Positions 62,900 through 64,000 of a stretch of 64,000 nt of DNA are shown in pieces. The notes under the pieces are model-generated. The model ran no database searches. It was not told where the DNA came from and saw only the letters and a list, made by a program, of their open reading frames with translations. The number at the start of each line of letters is the position of its first letter. Within the stretch, counting starts at the first letter, position 1. Origin of the DNA: Azolla caroliniana (taxonomy: Eukaryota; Plantae; Polypodiophyta); the NCBI GenBank assembly GCA_043228905.1, contig JBHGNT010000015.1:7626001-7690000 (forward strand), read 5' to 3'. Made by a program: the position numbers and the translations under genes.

Positions 62900-63727
62900 C
62901 GGAATGCTAATGAGAGCTCCCTCAGCTGACACAAGAACGGGTAAACTTCTTCTTACTATAAGGGGAATGCTCTTCAGCCTGTGTAGAGCCTGTGCTTTTG
63001 AGGCTAATGACCTAATAGAGCAACACGGTAGAACAGGTGCAGAAGAAACATAGCTTTGATTCCTGTAAGCACCTTGTGACAAATTAAATCCCTCCTTTGC
63101 ATGCCGATAGAAGAAAGCCCAATCCTTCTCTTCCATGAACCGAACCCATAAAGTGTCCACCTTTTGAAACAAACAACATTTGATCTCATCCGAATTTACC
63201 TTGTTATGGTTTTTATTTTTACCCCATGCTATCAGAAACCGGTTCGTGAAATAACAAGCATGCCCACAAGGTATCTTTAGTTGAGAACTTAGATCTACAT
63301 CCTTTCTTCTACAATTACCACCAAAACCAACCCTTTGTGTTTCCTGTTCCAATGGCTTCATCGACAAATCATCCACTATTTTTGAGAGAGCCATAATGCA
63401 TTTGTCTGAAAGTATGCCTTCCTGCTTAGCCTTAATTAAGAAATCTTCTGTGTCCTTGGCATTTCTAAGCTTATCAACAAGATCAGCTTCCATTTCATTA
63501 GACCCATCGATAGTTTCCACCTCAAACTTGACATCACCTTTCTCACACTTTTGATTCATCTCTGTAAAGCCTCCATGTCCACTGTTCACCTGATGATACG
63601 GCCAAATTGAGTTGATAGGTTCTGCACTCAATGGTGCCTTCGAATCATGTGAATGAGAGATTAAGAGCCGAGAACCTTTTGATCCTGGCACCATGCATAT
63701 GTTGCAGCCAGCAATAGTTAATGCTCC
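62900..63727 (-). CDS. RSY3: Penultimate exon of a TilS/RASPBERRY3-like gene (upstream exons outside the window)
   Basis: TTTCAG acceptor at 63728-63733, GT donor at 62898-62899, 276 codons. GALTIAGC..PGSKG, YF.NRF, LKSIP..RRSLPVLV..G.LISIP are typical of plant RSY3. Confidence 0.82.
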
Positions 63728-64000
63728 CTGAAATTATCAAAATACAAATGATATACCACATGAAACTAAATCATATTTCTTATCCTTGAAAATAGAATGA
63801 GTAAACAAATATGTAAATCATTAAAAGACATAAAAGCAAATTCTCTGGTTTCATGAGAAGCATGTGGAAACATTCATTCAATGAGACCTCAACTTGTTAG
63901 CTTCTAATCTGAACAAGAGTAAATCTTTTCATGAGCTCCAACCTATTTCGTTACATCTAAATTTCACAATAGTATGCTAGAAATATCCGCTTCATAGTCT

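Overview
Eukaryotic land-plant genomic DNA, probably from a non-seed plant such as a fern. That assignment is an inference from the Tcn1-type chromoviruses and the Hv1 channel type. Bases 1-60.3 kb are a dense, nested cluster of mostly decayed LTR retrotransposons. It holds three Ty1/Copia families, a Tcn1-like chromovirus with a TAGGC target-site duplication (TSD), and a Met-primed chromovirus in a tandem arrangement sharing one LTR. It also holds a young non-chromoviral Ty3/Gypsy element (11787-21585, ATCCA TSD, 434-bp LTRs) with a ~925-1000-codon extra ORF after pol, and a pol-less, tRNA-Trp-primed gag-only element with a hairpin-repeat array. The last 3.7 kb hold two convergent host genes: an intronless voltage-gated proton channel (Hv1-like) and the last two exons of a TilS/RASPBERRY3-like gene. 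The most unusual signals are a tRNA-shaped Pol III A/B-box cassette and a self-priming signature in the Tcn1-like LTR, the large extra ORF family, the Trp-primed gag-only element, and a regularly spaced palindromic repeat array in a retrotransposon leader. All calls were made by eye without database searches.
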